Below, one piece after another: positions 1-8,541 of a stretch of 64,000 nucleotides of DNA. The notes under the pieces were generated by a model. That model did no database searches and was not told the origin of the DNA. It worked only from the letters and a program-made list of their open reading frames with translations. The position numbers were made by a program, and so were the translations under genes. Source of the stretch: an uncultured delta proteobacterium (GTDB lineage: Bacteria; Myxococcota_A; UBA9160; UBA6930); NCBI GenBank assembly GCA_963716275.1, contig CAVQTC010000002.1:96897-160896 (forward strand). The letters run 5' to 3'. Within the stretch, counting starts at the first letter, position 1. Each line of letters begins with the position of its first letter.

Positions 1-495
1 GATGGCGAGCGCCTCTACCTCGCCTTCGCCTGCGAGGATCGCGACATCTGGGGCTCCTACACCGGGCGCAACGAGCCGCTCTACGAGGAGGAGGTGGTCG
101 AGGCGTTCCTCTCGCCCGGCGACGACCCGCGCCGCTACTTCGAGCTCGAGGCGAACCCGCGCGGTGCTTGGTTCGAGGCGCGCGTCGAGAGCCCGGAAGG
201 TCAGCGCCGCAGCATGCGCGTCGACCGGGACTGGGTGTGCGCGGGCTGGGAGCGGGCGGTCCGCGTGCGCGGGCGGCTCGCGGGCGACGCCGCTGACGCC
301 TGGTGGCATGTCGAGTGGGCGATCCCGTTCGGCGCGCTGGACGCGCCGGCCCCTCGCCCGGGCGAGCGTTGGCGGGCGAACTTCTATCGCATCGATCGCG
401 CCGGCGCGGGCGAGTTCTCGGCCTGGTCTCCCACGCTGGCCGACCCGCCCGACTTCCACGTCCCCGACCGCTTCGGCGTGCTGGTCTTCGCGTGA
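1..495 (+). CDS. CBM9/DOMON-like carbohydrate-binding domain protein, 5' partial (runs off window start)
   Basis: Frame +1 is open from nt 1 and ends at TGA 493-495. Motifs YFELEANPRGAWFEARV, FSAWSPT and DFHVPDRFGVLVF match carbohydrate-binding family 9-like domain proteins. Confidence 0.6.
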   Translation, partial: DGERLYLAFACEDRDIWGSYTGRNEPLYEEEVVEAFLSPGDDPRRYFELEANPRGAWFEARVESPEGQRRSMRVDRDWVCAGWERAVRVRGRLAGDAADAWWHVEWAIPFGALDAPAPRPGERWRANFYRIDRAGAGEFSAWSPTLADPPDFHVPDRFGVLVFA

Positions 496-534
496 GAATC
501 GAAATTTCGGGGTCAGACCCCGATATTTCGATTC
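496..534. repeat. REP-like palindrome, copy A (GAATCGAAATTTCGGGGTC / GACCCCGATATTTCGATTC), immediately after the TGA stop of the upstream gene
   Basis: Seen directly in the sequence: 19-nt arms with one mismatch, sitting between convergent genes. Two further copies are at 32450-32488 and 63986-64000. Confidence 0.7.
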
Positions 535-540
535 GCGAGC

Positions 541-1384
541 TCAGCTCGACGGCTTCTTCTGCTCCGCGACGCGGTAGTCGCCGAAGGGCGCGGTCGCGCT
601 CCTGGAGTGCCTGGGTCAAGCCGCCGCGCATCTTGGTGATGAACTCGTGGAAGCTCGCCTGGTGGGTGCCGAGCGCGCAGAGCTCCGTGCCCACGCGCAG
701 GGCGGTGCGCATGCCCATCATCTCCATCTGGCGGTGCACGAGGCGCTTGTTGAGCTGCACGATGTCGGGCGGGAGCTGCGCGACGCGCTGGGCCAGCTCG
801 AGCACGCGCGCCTCGAGCTGGTCGGCGGGCACGGCCCGCGTCGCCCAGCCCAGGCTCGCCGCCTCCACGCCCGAGATCGAGTCGCCCGTCACCATCATCT
901 CCATCGCCATGCGCATGCCCACGAGCCAGGCGTGGAAGTGCATGTCGGGCACGCCGAAGCGCACCGCCGGGTAGCCGATCTGCGCATCCTCGGCGCAGTA
1001 GACGAGGTCGCAGCCCGTCGCGAGCTCGCTCCCGCCGGCGAGGCAGTAGCCGTGCACCTGGGCGATCACGGGCTTGGCGAGGTCCCAGATCCCCATCCAG
1101 CCCTCGGTCACGTGGCGCGGCCACTGGCCATCGCCGCCCGGCGTGTAGTAGGGCAGGGACTGCCCTTCGTTGCCGCCGCCCAGCTCGTAGCCCGCGGAGA
1201 AGCACTTCCCCGCGCCGCGCACGATCTGCACGCGCACGTCGGGATCGGCGTCGCCGCTGGTGAGCGCGTGGATCACCTGCCCGCGCAGCGCGTGGTTGAG
1301 CGCGTTGCGCTTCTCGGGCCGGTTCAGAGTCACGCGCCGCACGTGCGGCGCCGGCTGGTCGACGAGGACGACGGTGTACTCCAC
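541..1384 (-). CDS. enoyl-CoA hydratase/isomerase (crotonase family)
   Basis: My own minus-strand translation (absent from the ORF track): GTG start at 1384 through TGA at 541. It reads VTLNRPEKRNALN, DVRVQIVRGAGKCFSAGYELGG, KPVIAQVHGYCLAGGSELA and MEMMVTGDSISG. Confidence 0.8.
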
Positions 1385-1480
1385 GAGGATCTCCCTGCGG
1401 GCGAAGCCGCAAAGGCGCGGACGATAGACCGGATCGGCCGGGCCGGTGTCAATCTCGCGATCTCCGTGTAGAACACGCCC

Positions 1481-2422
1481 GTGTCCGCACCCGAACCCAG
1501 CGCGCTCGCTCGCCTCCGGCTCCGGCTCGACGGCGCGCGGGAGCGCCATCGGCGCACGTTCTGGATCCTGCACTCGATCTGGGCGCTCACGAACGGCGCT
1601 CTGGTCGTGGCGCTCGCCGAGCAAGCCGGGCGCTTCTGGGCGCTCGTGCTCGGCGCGCTCGCCCTCACCTGGGGCTCGACGCTCTTCTTCTGTTGGAGGC
1701 GCTCGGCGGCGCCCTCGCTGCGCAGCGGGCTCGTCTCGTACGCGACGCGCGTGCTCTACCAGGAGACGCTCTTCTTCCTGCTGCCCTTCTACGTGCGCTC
1801 GAGCACGCTGGGCTCGGTGAACGTGGCGTTCACGCTGGCGCTGATCGGCCTCGCCGTGCTCGCCTGCCTCGATCTCGCCTTCGATCGCTGGCTGCGCGGC
1901 AGCGCCGCCTTCGCCGCGAGCTTCTCGTTCCTGGTCTCCTTCAGCGCGCTCCAGCTCCTGCTGCCGCTCGTCGCGCGCGTGCCCTACGCGCGCGCGGCCC
2001 CGCTCGCGCTGGTGCTGGCCTTCGCGGGCACGCTGGTGCTGCTCGGCGCCTCGCGCGCGCTCGGCTGGCGGCGGCGCGCCCTCGGCGCGCTGCCCTCGGC
2101 GGCGGTCGCGCTCCTTCTGCTGGCGGCGCCGCGGCTCGTGCCGCCGGCCCCCCTGCAGCTGCGCACGCTCACGCTCGAGCGCGGCGCGCTGATGCGCGCC
2201 GAGGCGCGCGTCGTGGCGCCGGTGCCGGTGCCCGTGGAGGTCAGCGTGCGCTGGACCCGTGCGGGCGAGCTCCTGCGCGAGTCGCGCATCGTGCACGTCA
2301 CGGCACACGGCGCAGGCTTTCGCGTCTGGGATGAGGCCGCGGTCCCCGGCCCCGGCGCGCTGCGCGTCGAGCTCCTCACCGAGTCGGGTCAGCTGATCGG
2401 CCGGCGCGACTCGCCCGGGTAG
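1481..2422 (+). CDS. hypothetical integral membrane protein (about 6 TM segments plus a C-terminal soluble domain)
   Basis: ORF 1481..2422 carries multiple hydrophobic segments (FWALVLGALALTW, VAFTLALIGLAVLACL, FLVSFSALQLLLPLV). It is divergent from the hydratase. No family was recognised. Confidence 0.45.
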   Translation: MSAPEPSALARLRLRLDGARERHRRTFWILHSIWALTNGALVVALAEQAGRFWALVLGALALTWGSTLFFCWRRSAAPSLRSGLVSYATRVLYQETLFFLLPFYVRSSTLGSVNVAFTLALIGLAVLACLDLAFDRWLRGSAAFAASFSFLVSFSALQLLLPLVARVPYARAAPLALVLAFAGTLVLLGASRALGWRRRALGALPSAAVALLLLAAPRLVPPAPLQLRTLTLERGALMRAEARVVAPVPVPVEVSVRWTRAGELLRESRIVHVTAHGAGFRVWDEAAVPGPGALRVELLTESGQLIGRRDSPG

Positions 2423-2455
2423 CCGAGGAGCCTGACCCAGGAGTGGGACAGGCTC

Positions 2456-3536
2456 CTAGCCCGCCGGGTTCGCGGCCAGGTGGTCGAAGCGCCCCGCCGG
2501 CCGCGTGCGCGCGTACTCGCGCACGATCGGCTCGAGATCGGCGGGGCTCGCGCCGTGCAGGATCACGCCGTCGCACCCGAGATCGAATTGCTCGCGGATC
2601 TTGGCGACGCAGCGCGCTGGGCTCCCGGTCGCCGCGGGCGCGAGCCACGCCTCGGGGATGCAGCTTGGCGATCTGCTCGAGCTGCTCGGTCGTGGCGCGC
2701 GCGTCGATCGCGCCCGGGAACTTCCCCGCGAGCGGATCGGCGCGGAAGCGCGCGAGCACCGCCGGATCCCAGCGGTTCGTGCGCACGAGCAGGTCCCCGT
2801 AGGCCTGCAGGTAGGTGGCGAGCCGCCCGACCGTCTTCTTGAGCCGCAGCGCGTGGGGCAGGTGATCGCCGATCGTGGCGAAGCACGACCAGACGCGGAC
2901 CCGCTCGGGATCGCGCCCCGCGCGCTCCGCAGCCTCCTTCACGCCCCGCACGCAGCGCGCCGTGGTCTCGTCGGTGAAGAAGGTGTGCAGCACGACGGCA
3001 TCCATCGCGCGCCCGCCGAGCGCGAGCGAGTTGGGGCCGAAGGCGGTGAACGTGAGGGGAATCTCGCCGGTGTAGTCCGGCCCGAGCGCGAGCATCGGGT
3101 ACTTCCCGCACGGACCGTCGTGTCCGATCACGCTCTCCCCGCGCCAGAGTCGCCGCATCAGCCCCGCGAAGTCCTCGAGCTGGGCCGTCGTGATCGCGGG
3201 CAGGCCGTAGGCCTTGAACATGGGCGCGATGCCGCGCCCGAGACCGAGCGAGAAGCGGCCGCCGGTGAGCCGGTGCATGGTCATCGCGTAGGCGGCCGTC
3301 ACCATCGGGTGTCGCGTGTTGTGATTGGTGGCCGCCGTCGCGATGCCGAGCGTCCGGGTCAGCGCGCCCACCGCGCCCGAGAGCGTCGCCGCCTCCTTGA
3401 TGTTGAAGCGCTCGGAGATGAAGCAGGAGCCGATCCCGAGGCGCTCGGCGTGGGCGACCTCGTCGATCAGCTCGGCCGGCGACTGGGGCTGGCCGGCCAA
3501 GGTGTAGAAGGAGAGCTCGTTCATCGCGGTGGGCAT
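2456..3536 (-). CDS. LLM-class (luciferase-like) flavin-dependent oxidoreductase, with an apparent 1-nt frameshift near 2655
   Basis: MPTAMNELSFYTLAGQP...ERFNIKEAATLSGAV...HNTRHPMVTAAYAMTMHRLTGGRFSLGLGRG. The C-terminus CVAKIREQFDLGCDGVILHGASPADLEPIVREYA is recovered only after shifting frame. The stop at 2456-2458 is in the shifted frame. Confidence 0.8.
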
Positions 3537-3544
3537 GCTGGCTC

Positions 3545-4618
3545 CTAGAGGAACTCGGCCGAGCCGAGGTCGAGCGCGTGGCGCGCGTGGCGGCGCGCCA
3601 TCACCGTGAACATGTCGTTCCCGCGCGCGGTCTCGACCACGATCATCGAGGCGACGACCGTCACGGCGAAGCCCGCGAAGGCGCCGCGCCGATAGTCGGC
3701 CCAGCACTGCTCCCAGCTGTAGCCGCGCACGCCCGCGGAGAGCAGGGCCGCGTGGTAGTCCCGCACGAGCTCGCGCTCGATCGGTCGCCTCACCTCGGGC
3801 AAGAGCGATGCGCCCAGGAAGTAGGCGACGTCCGAGAGCGGGGACGAGAGCACGAGGCTCTGCCAATCCACCACACTCACCCGCGGCGGCCGCGCGCGCT
3901 CGTCGACGAGCAGGTTGTCGAGCCGGTAGTCGATGTGGACCAGGGACCAGGGCTCGGCCGGATAGGCGTGCGGCGGCCCCTGGGACTTCGCCACCGCTGC
4001 GAGAATCGCGCGCTCGTCGGGCGCGAGCCGCGCCTCGAAGCGCTCCAGGAAGCGCGGCAGCATGGCGGCGTAGAGCTCGCGGGAGCGCACGCTCGCCTCG
4101 GCGCTCGGCTCGGCGAGGAGCGCCCGCCCGCGCAGGGACGCGTCCTGCCAGCTCGGCGCGTGGAGCTTCACCAGCTCGGCCAGCGCCGCGCGCGCGATCT
4201 CCGGCCCGCAGCCCTCGAGCTGGTTGCCCTGCCGCGCCGGCGCCATGTCCTCGAGGATCAAGGCAAAGTGCGGGCCCTCGCCCTCGATCGCCGCGTACCA
4301 GCAGCGCGGGGTCGCGATCGGGAGGCGCGGCTTCAGCTCGCGGTAGAAGTAGACCTCGCGCGCGTAGTTGCGCAGGTCCACGCCGGTCTGGCGCGAGAGC
4401 GGGTCCAGGGACGGGAACTTCCCGACGAGCGTGCGCGGCGCGCCGGCGCACTCGCTCGCCAGGGCGAGCGTGAAGCGGATGCAGCGCCCGATCTGGCCGG
4501 TGCCGATCGGCTCGGCGCTGAAGTCGACCACGCGAGCGTCGCGCAGGCCGCTCGCGCGCAGCAGCTCGCTGAAGAAGCCCGGAGTGATCGTCTCGGGCGA
4601 AGGGATCGCAGCGGCCAT
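3545..4618 (-). CDS. phosphotransferase family protein (APH/ecdysteroid-kinase-like)
   Basis: ORF 3545..4618 with HIDYRLDNLLV and VVDWQ motifs, operonic with the LLM gene. Confidence 0.8.
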   Translation of the reverse strand: MAAAIPSPETITPGFFSELLRASGLRDARVVDFSAEPIGTGQIGRCIRFTLALASECAGAPRTLVGKFPSLDPLSRQTGVDLRNYAREVYFYRELKPRLPIATPRCWYAAIEGEGPHFALILEDMAPARQGNQLEGCGPEIARAALAELVKLHAPSWQDASLRGRALLAEPSAEASVRSRELYAAMLPRFLERFEARLAPDERAILAAVAKSQGPPHAYPAEPWSLVHIDYRLDNLLVDERARPPRVSVVDWQSLVLSSPLSDVAYFLGASLLPEVRRPIERELVRDYHAALLSAGVRGYSWEQCWADYRRGAFAGFAVTVVASMIVVETARGNDMFTVMARRHARHALDLGSAEFL

Positions 4619-4989
4619 GCGGCGCCGGCCCTACGCGGACCTCGGCAGGCGCGCGCGAGCGCGCTCGCCCGCATCGACGCGCGCCACGCCGGACTCGTTG
4701 CCCGAGAGCAACTCCGCCGCCAGCCGGATACGGTTGTCGAGGCGATGGATCACGCGCTCGCAGCGCCGCGCGCGCTCGAGCAGCGCATCCGCGCGGTCGG
4801 GGCTCGTGTGCGCCGTGACTCGCAGGCGGCCGCTCGCGCGCGAGATGCGGTCGCGCAGCGGCAGGAGCTCGGCGAGCTCGTTGCGGGCCTGCTCGTAGCG
4901 GAGGAGCGATTCGTGCATGTGGGGGGTGGACGCGTTCTACGACAGGCGACTGGTCGGAGTCAAGAGCGCTGGGCGCGATATGCGCCGTC

Positions 4990-5270
4990 TCCGCTCGAGC
5001 TGGAGCCCGCGTGCGCGGGAATCGGCCGCGCAGCATCAGGCGCTCCCACCAGGACGGGCGTCGCAGTCGAAGGTCGTTCGCTCCGAGCACGTGTCGCTTT
5101 CCGCGACGCGTCTCGAGCACGAGGCGACCATCGCCCAGCACCTCGCGAACGGCCCAGAGCTTGTCCACGGCGTAGCTGTAGGCCTCGCCGCGGCTCGGTC
5201 GGATCAGGCGGGCGCGCGGCCCCGGATGGGGGCTCTGCTTCGTGGCGCTGTAGATGACCCAATCGCCCAC
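4990..5270 (-). CDS. hypothetical small protein (MGDWVIYSATKQ...LVLETRRGKRHVLGANDLRLRRPSWWERL), 3' end undefined
   Basis: It is the first start after a TAG in this frame, but the frame then runs open through the downstream genes, so the true stop was probably lost to a frameshift. No family was recognised. Confidence 0.2.
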
Positions 5271-5319
5271 GCGATACGGAGGCCGGAAGCGCTCCCGCCA
5301 CTGCTCCTCCCGACGGAGC

Positions 5320-6579
5320 TCACTCTACTCCGAACCCGCTCGCAGCTGAAGCGTTATCTCGCCTCGAGGCGCAGCGGGAGCGCTGCGAGCCCACGCAGGA
5401 AGATCTGCGGTTTCCAACGGCGGGTCCTTTTGCACCAGCTCGATGCGGGCGAAGCGCCGCAGCAGGCTCTCGAGCGCGAGCCGCGCCTCCAGGCGCGCGA
5501 GCGGCGCGCCGAGGCAGAAGTGGATGCCGTAGGCGAAAGCCAGGTGACGGTTCGGTGAACGCGCGACGTCGAGCGCCCCCGCAGCTGGAAACTGCCGCTC
5601 GTCGCGGTTCGCGGAGGCGATCATCGGCAGCACCATGTCGCCCCGGCGGATTTCGCAGACCGGCCCAGGCGACGTCCTCGCTCGCGATCTTGAGGGTTGC
5701 CGGCACTGGGCCGTCGAAGCGCAGCAGCTCCTCGACCGCACTCGGCACGAGCTCGGGGCGCGCGCGCAGCTGCGCGAGCTGATCCGGGCGGCCCAGCAGG
5801 TGGAAGAGCCCGTTGCCGAGCAGGTTCGTGGTGGTCTCGTGCCCCGCGAACAGCAGCAGAACGCAGTTCGCCACCACCTCGCTCTCGCCGAGCCGCCCGC
5901 CCTCGTGCTCGGCGGCGAGCATCAGGCTCATCAGATCGTCGCGCGGCCGCGCGCGGCGCTCGGCCAGCAGGCGACCGAAGTACTCGACGAGCCAGGCGAC
6001 GCCGGCGCTCGCCTCTGCGAAGTTGTCGCGCCCGTCGGTCGCCCCGCCCAGGTAGGCCGCGAGCCGGTCCGAGGCGCGCTTGATCGGCTCGATGGCGTCG
6101 GGCGGCGCGCCGAGCAAGAGCGCGATCACGCGGGCTGGCAGCGGAAAGGCGAAGTCGCGCACGAAGTCCGCCTCGCCGCGCTCGGCGAGCGGGTCGAGCA
6201 GCGCGTCGATCGTGGCCTGGATGCGCGGCGTGCCCTTCTCGAGCTGGCGCGGCGTGAAGCTCTTCTGGAGCAGGGCGCGCAGCCGCGTGTGGTCGGGCGG
6301 ATCGCGGAACACCAGCCAGTCGCGCAGCACCGCGGCCACGGCCTGCACCGCGCTGCGCTCGCTCGCGTAGCGCTCGCCGATCTTGCGGAAGCGATCCGAC
6401 GAGAAACGGGCGGGCTGCTCGAAGATCGCGACCACGTCCGCGTAGCGCGTCACCACCCAGGCCGCGAGGCTCGCGCTGCGGTGGATGGGCTCGTGCTCGC
6501 GCAGCCACGCGTAGAGCGGGAACGGGTCGCGCACGTTGGCGGGGGCCTTGAGGTCGAGGTCGGGGGCAAGCGTCGGCAA
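5320..6579 (-). CDS. cytochrome P450, with an apparent 1-nt frameshift near 5686
   Basis: N-terminal and middle parts lie in the frame of ORF 5320..7365 (FAGHETTTNLLGNG, ELLRFDGPV). The heme loop FAYGIHFCLGAPLARLE and IRRGDMVLPMIASANRDE lie in the frame of ORF 5325..5741. I prefer the TTG start at 6579, because the ATG at 6657 overlaps the redoxin start. Confidence 0.8.
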   Translation of the reverse strand: MPTLAPDLDLKAPANVRDPFPLYAWLREHEPIHRSASLAAWVVTRYADVVAIFEQPARFSSDRFRKIGERYASERSAVQAVAAVLRDWLVFRDPPDHTRLRALLQKSFTPRQLEKGTPRIQATIDALLDPLAERGEADFVRDFAFPLPARVIALLLGAPPDAIEPIKRASDRLAAYLGGATDGRDNFAEASAGVAWLVEYFGRLLAERRARPRDDLMSLMLAAEHEGGRLGESEVVANCVLLLFAGHETTTNLLGNGLFHLLGRPDQLAQLRARPELVPSAVEELLRFDGPVPATLKIASEDVAWAGLRNPPGRHGAADDRLREPRRAAVSSCGGARRRAFTEPSPGFRLRHPLLPRRAARAPGGAARAREPAAALRPHRAGAKGPAVGNRRSSCVGSQRSRCASRRDNASAASGFGVE

Positions 6580-6655
6580 GGCGAGGTCGATGCTACCGCC
6601 TCCCGCGTTCGGGCTGCGCAGCGTAGACTTCCGCCCCACTGCAGGAGGGCTCGGC

Positions 6656-7711
6656 ATGATCCTCGAGCGTCTGGATCCGACGGCTTCCGAGTTCGCGCGC
6701 GCCACGGGCTGGGAGATCAAGCCGGAGGGCGCGTGCAAGGCACACGTCTGCGTGCCGCTCCCGGCGGGCGCGCGGCTCCCGGGCGGCCGCGTGGACGCGC
6801 GCGCCGTCGCAGGCCAGCTCGGCATGGGCATCGCGGAGTACCCGACCCGCAAGCTCTGGGCGCTCGGCCCCGAGTCGGGAGGGCGCGCGCTCACGACGGC
6901 GGTGGCGCCGGACATCACGCTGCCCGATCGCCACGGCCGGCCCTTCCGCCTGGGCTCGCTGCGCGGCACCAAGGTCTTCATGTGCGCGTGGGCGAGCTGG
7001 TGAGGCTGCCGCCTCGACCTGCCCGTGTGGCAGCAGATTCGCAGCGAGCTTCGCCCCCAAGGCCTCGAGATCGTGACCGTCGCCATGGACACGAAGGGCG
7101 TGGAGGCCGCCGGGCCCTGGATCGAGGCGGCCCAGCCCGACCACCCGAGCTTGATCGACGTCGAGCACTCGCTCGGCGCGCTGCTCGGCATCATCAACGT
7201 GCCGATGGGCGTCTGGATCGACGAGGACGGAGTCCTCGTGCGGCCCGCAGAGACGGCCTTCGCACCGCGCGGACCCGGCCGCGAGTTCACAGCGCCCGAG
7301 GACGCGCCCCAGCGCGTGAAGGACATGCTGGCGGAGGCGCGCAAGCTCAAGATCGACCCCGACACCTACCTGGCCGCGCTGCGCGACTGGGTCGCCAAGG
7401 GCAAGGCGAGTCGCTTCGCGCTCTCGCCCGACGAAGTCGTCGCGCGCTCGGCGCCGCGGCCCCGCGAGATCTCGCTCGCGGCGGCCCACTTCGAGCTCGG
7501 CCAGCACCTGCATCGCGCGGGGAGCGTCGAGGAGGCGCGGCCCTTCTTCCGCCAGGCGCATCGCCTGCAGCCCGAGAACTGGACCTACAAGCGCGAGGCC
7601 TGGAGCCTCGTGGATCCGCTGCAGGGTCCGACCCAACACTACGACGGCGACTGGCTCACGGACATCCGCAAGATCGGCGCGGAGAACTACTACCCGAAGG
7701 TCGACCTGTGA
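6656..7711 (+). CDS. TlpA/ResA-like thioredoxin-fold (redoxin) protein with a C-terminal extension; in-frame TGA at 7001-7003 at the first position of the CxxC-like motif
   Basis: APDITLPDRHGRPFRLGSLRGTKVFMCAWASW-[TGA]-GCRLDLP...LEIVTVAMD...GVWIDEDGVLV. ORFs 6536..7003 and 7025..7711 are in the same frame and together form one thioredoxin fold, comparable to FWASWCGPCR in TlpA-type redoxins. Confidence 0.65.
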
Positions 7712-8246
7712 CGCCAGTGAGCCGCGGACGCAAGCTCGCGCTCGGGCTCGGCCTCTTCGTCGCCGCAGGGATCGCGTTCATCGCGCTGCGACCGGCGGGG
7801 TTCAGCGTCGAGCGCTCGCTCACCATCTCCGCTTCGCCCGAGGCGATCTATCCCCACATCGCGAGCCTACGCGCGATGGACGAGTGGTCGCCCTTCGCCA
7901 AGATGGATCCCAAGCTGGTCACTCAGTACGAGGGCCCCGAGTCGGGCGTGGGCGCGATCTCCCGTGGGAGGGCCGCAGATGGGGAAGGGCAGGCTGCGCG
8001 TCACCGGCGCGACGCCCCCGACGCAGGTCGACATGGAGCTCGAGATGATCGCGCCGATGGGGGGCACGATCAGATCACGTTCCTGCTCGCGCCGGGGCCG
8101 GCGGCACGGACGTCACCTGGCGCATGCAGGGCCGCAACGGCTTCGTCGGCAAGGCGATGACGCTCGTCGGCGGCATGGACCGCATGGTGGGCCAGCCGTT
8201 CGAGGATGGGCTGCAGGCGCTGAAGCGGCTCGTCGAGAGCGCCTAG
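7708..8246 (+). CDS. SRPBCC (polyketide cyclase / Aha1-like) family protein, with 3 frameshifts within about 150 nt
   Basis: GTG start at 7708 overlaps the upstream TGA stop (GTGA). The gene is fragmented into segments in all three forward frames; the protein readable across the shifts is ...SPEAIYPHIASLRAMDEWSPFAKMDPKLVTQYEGPESGVGAISR / GPQMGKGRLRVTGATPPTQVDMELEMIAPMGGT / DQITFLLAP / GAGGTDVTWRMQGRNGFVGKAMTLVGGMDRMVGQPFEDGLQALKRLVESA. Confidence 0.7.
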
Positions 8247-8541
8247 GTGTCGAGTCCGGGTGCGTTCGTCATCGGGGTCTCCGGATTCGGCTTTGAGGAG
8301 GGAGACCTCTGAGTGCCGGCGCTGGTTCGAGGTGCGATTCGGTGCGAATGCCCTGCTGCCGGCACGGCGCAGGCGGTGCGCAAGAAATGCGCAGAGTGAA
8401 CTGAGGGTCGAGTAGCAGCCTCCGCTCCCATCGGCAGCCCACTCGGCCTCGAATGTCGGAGCCGTCAGCTCGGTACTCCTCGAGCACTGCCCATGGAATC
8501 GCTCGGGCGCCAGCAGCGCGGCAGCGACGCTCGGCCCGTTC

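Noticed and set aside
513-1471. Track ORFs 513..1412 (-) and 647..1471 (+)
   Set aside because: Both are junk frames. The real gene here is the enoyl-CoA hydratase in a minus-strand frame that the track omitted.
4631-4918. 95-aa minus-strand ORF (MHESLLRYEQARNELAELL...)
   Set aside because: No recognisable family or RBS, and it lies in a region where several frames are open by chance. Left uncalled.
2376-5270. A 964-aa minus-strand ORF taken as one gene
   Set aside because: It is an open frame that concatenates the LLM oxidoreductase, the APH-like kinase and small ORFs. Domain boundaries, internal RBS/start codons and the GC-rich absence of stops show these are separate genes.
6579-6658. 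P450 start at ATG 6657
   Set aside because: It would overlap the divergent redoxin ATG (6656-6658) by 2 nt. A TTG at 6579 gives a normal P450 N-terminus and a 77-bp divergent promoter region. Uncertain, and flagged.
6536-7711. Treating 6536..7003 and 7025..7711 as two separate genes
   Set aside because: A single thioredoxin fold spans the TGA. The second ORF has no start context of its own and begins 7 codons after the stop, in the same frame.
5635-8160. Very long Ala/Arg/Gly-rich ORFs (5635..8160 +, 41936..45685 +, 25988..30370 -, 50063..53182 +, 50169..53282 -, 8269..9312 -)
   Set aside because: Low-complexity alternative-frame or antisense translations of real genes, expected at about 70% GC. 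They have no domain content and overlap well-supported genes.
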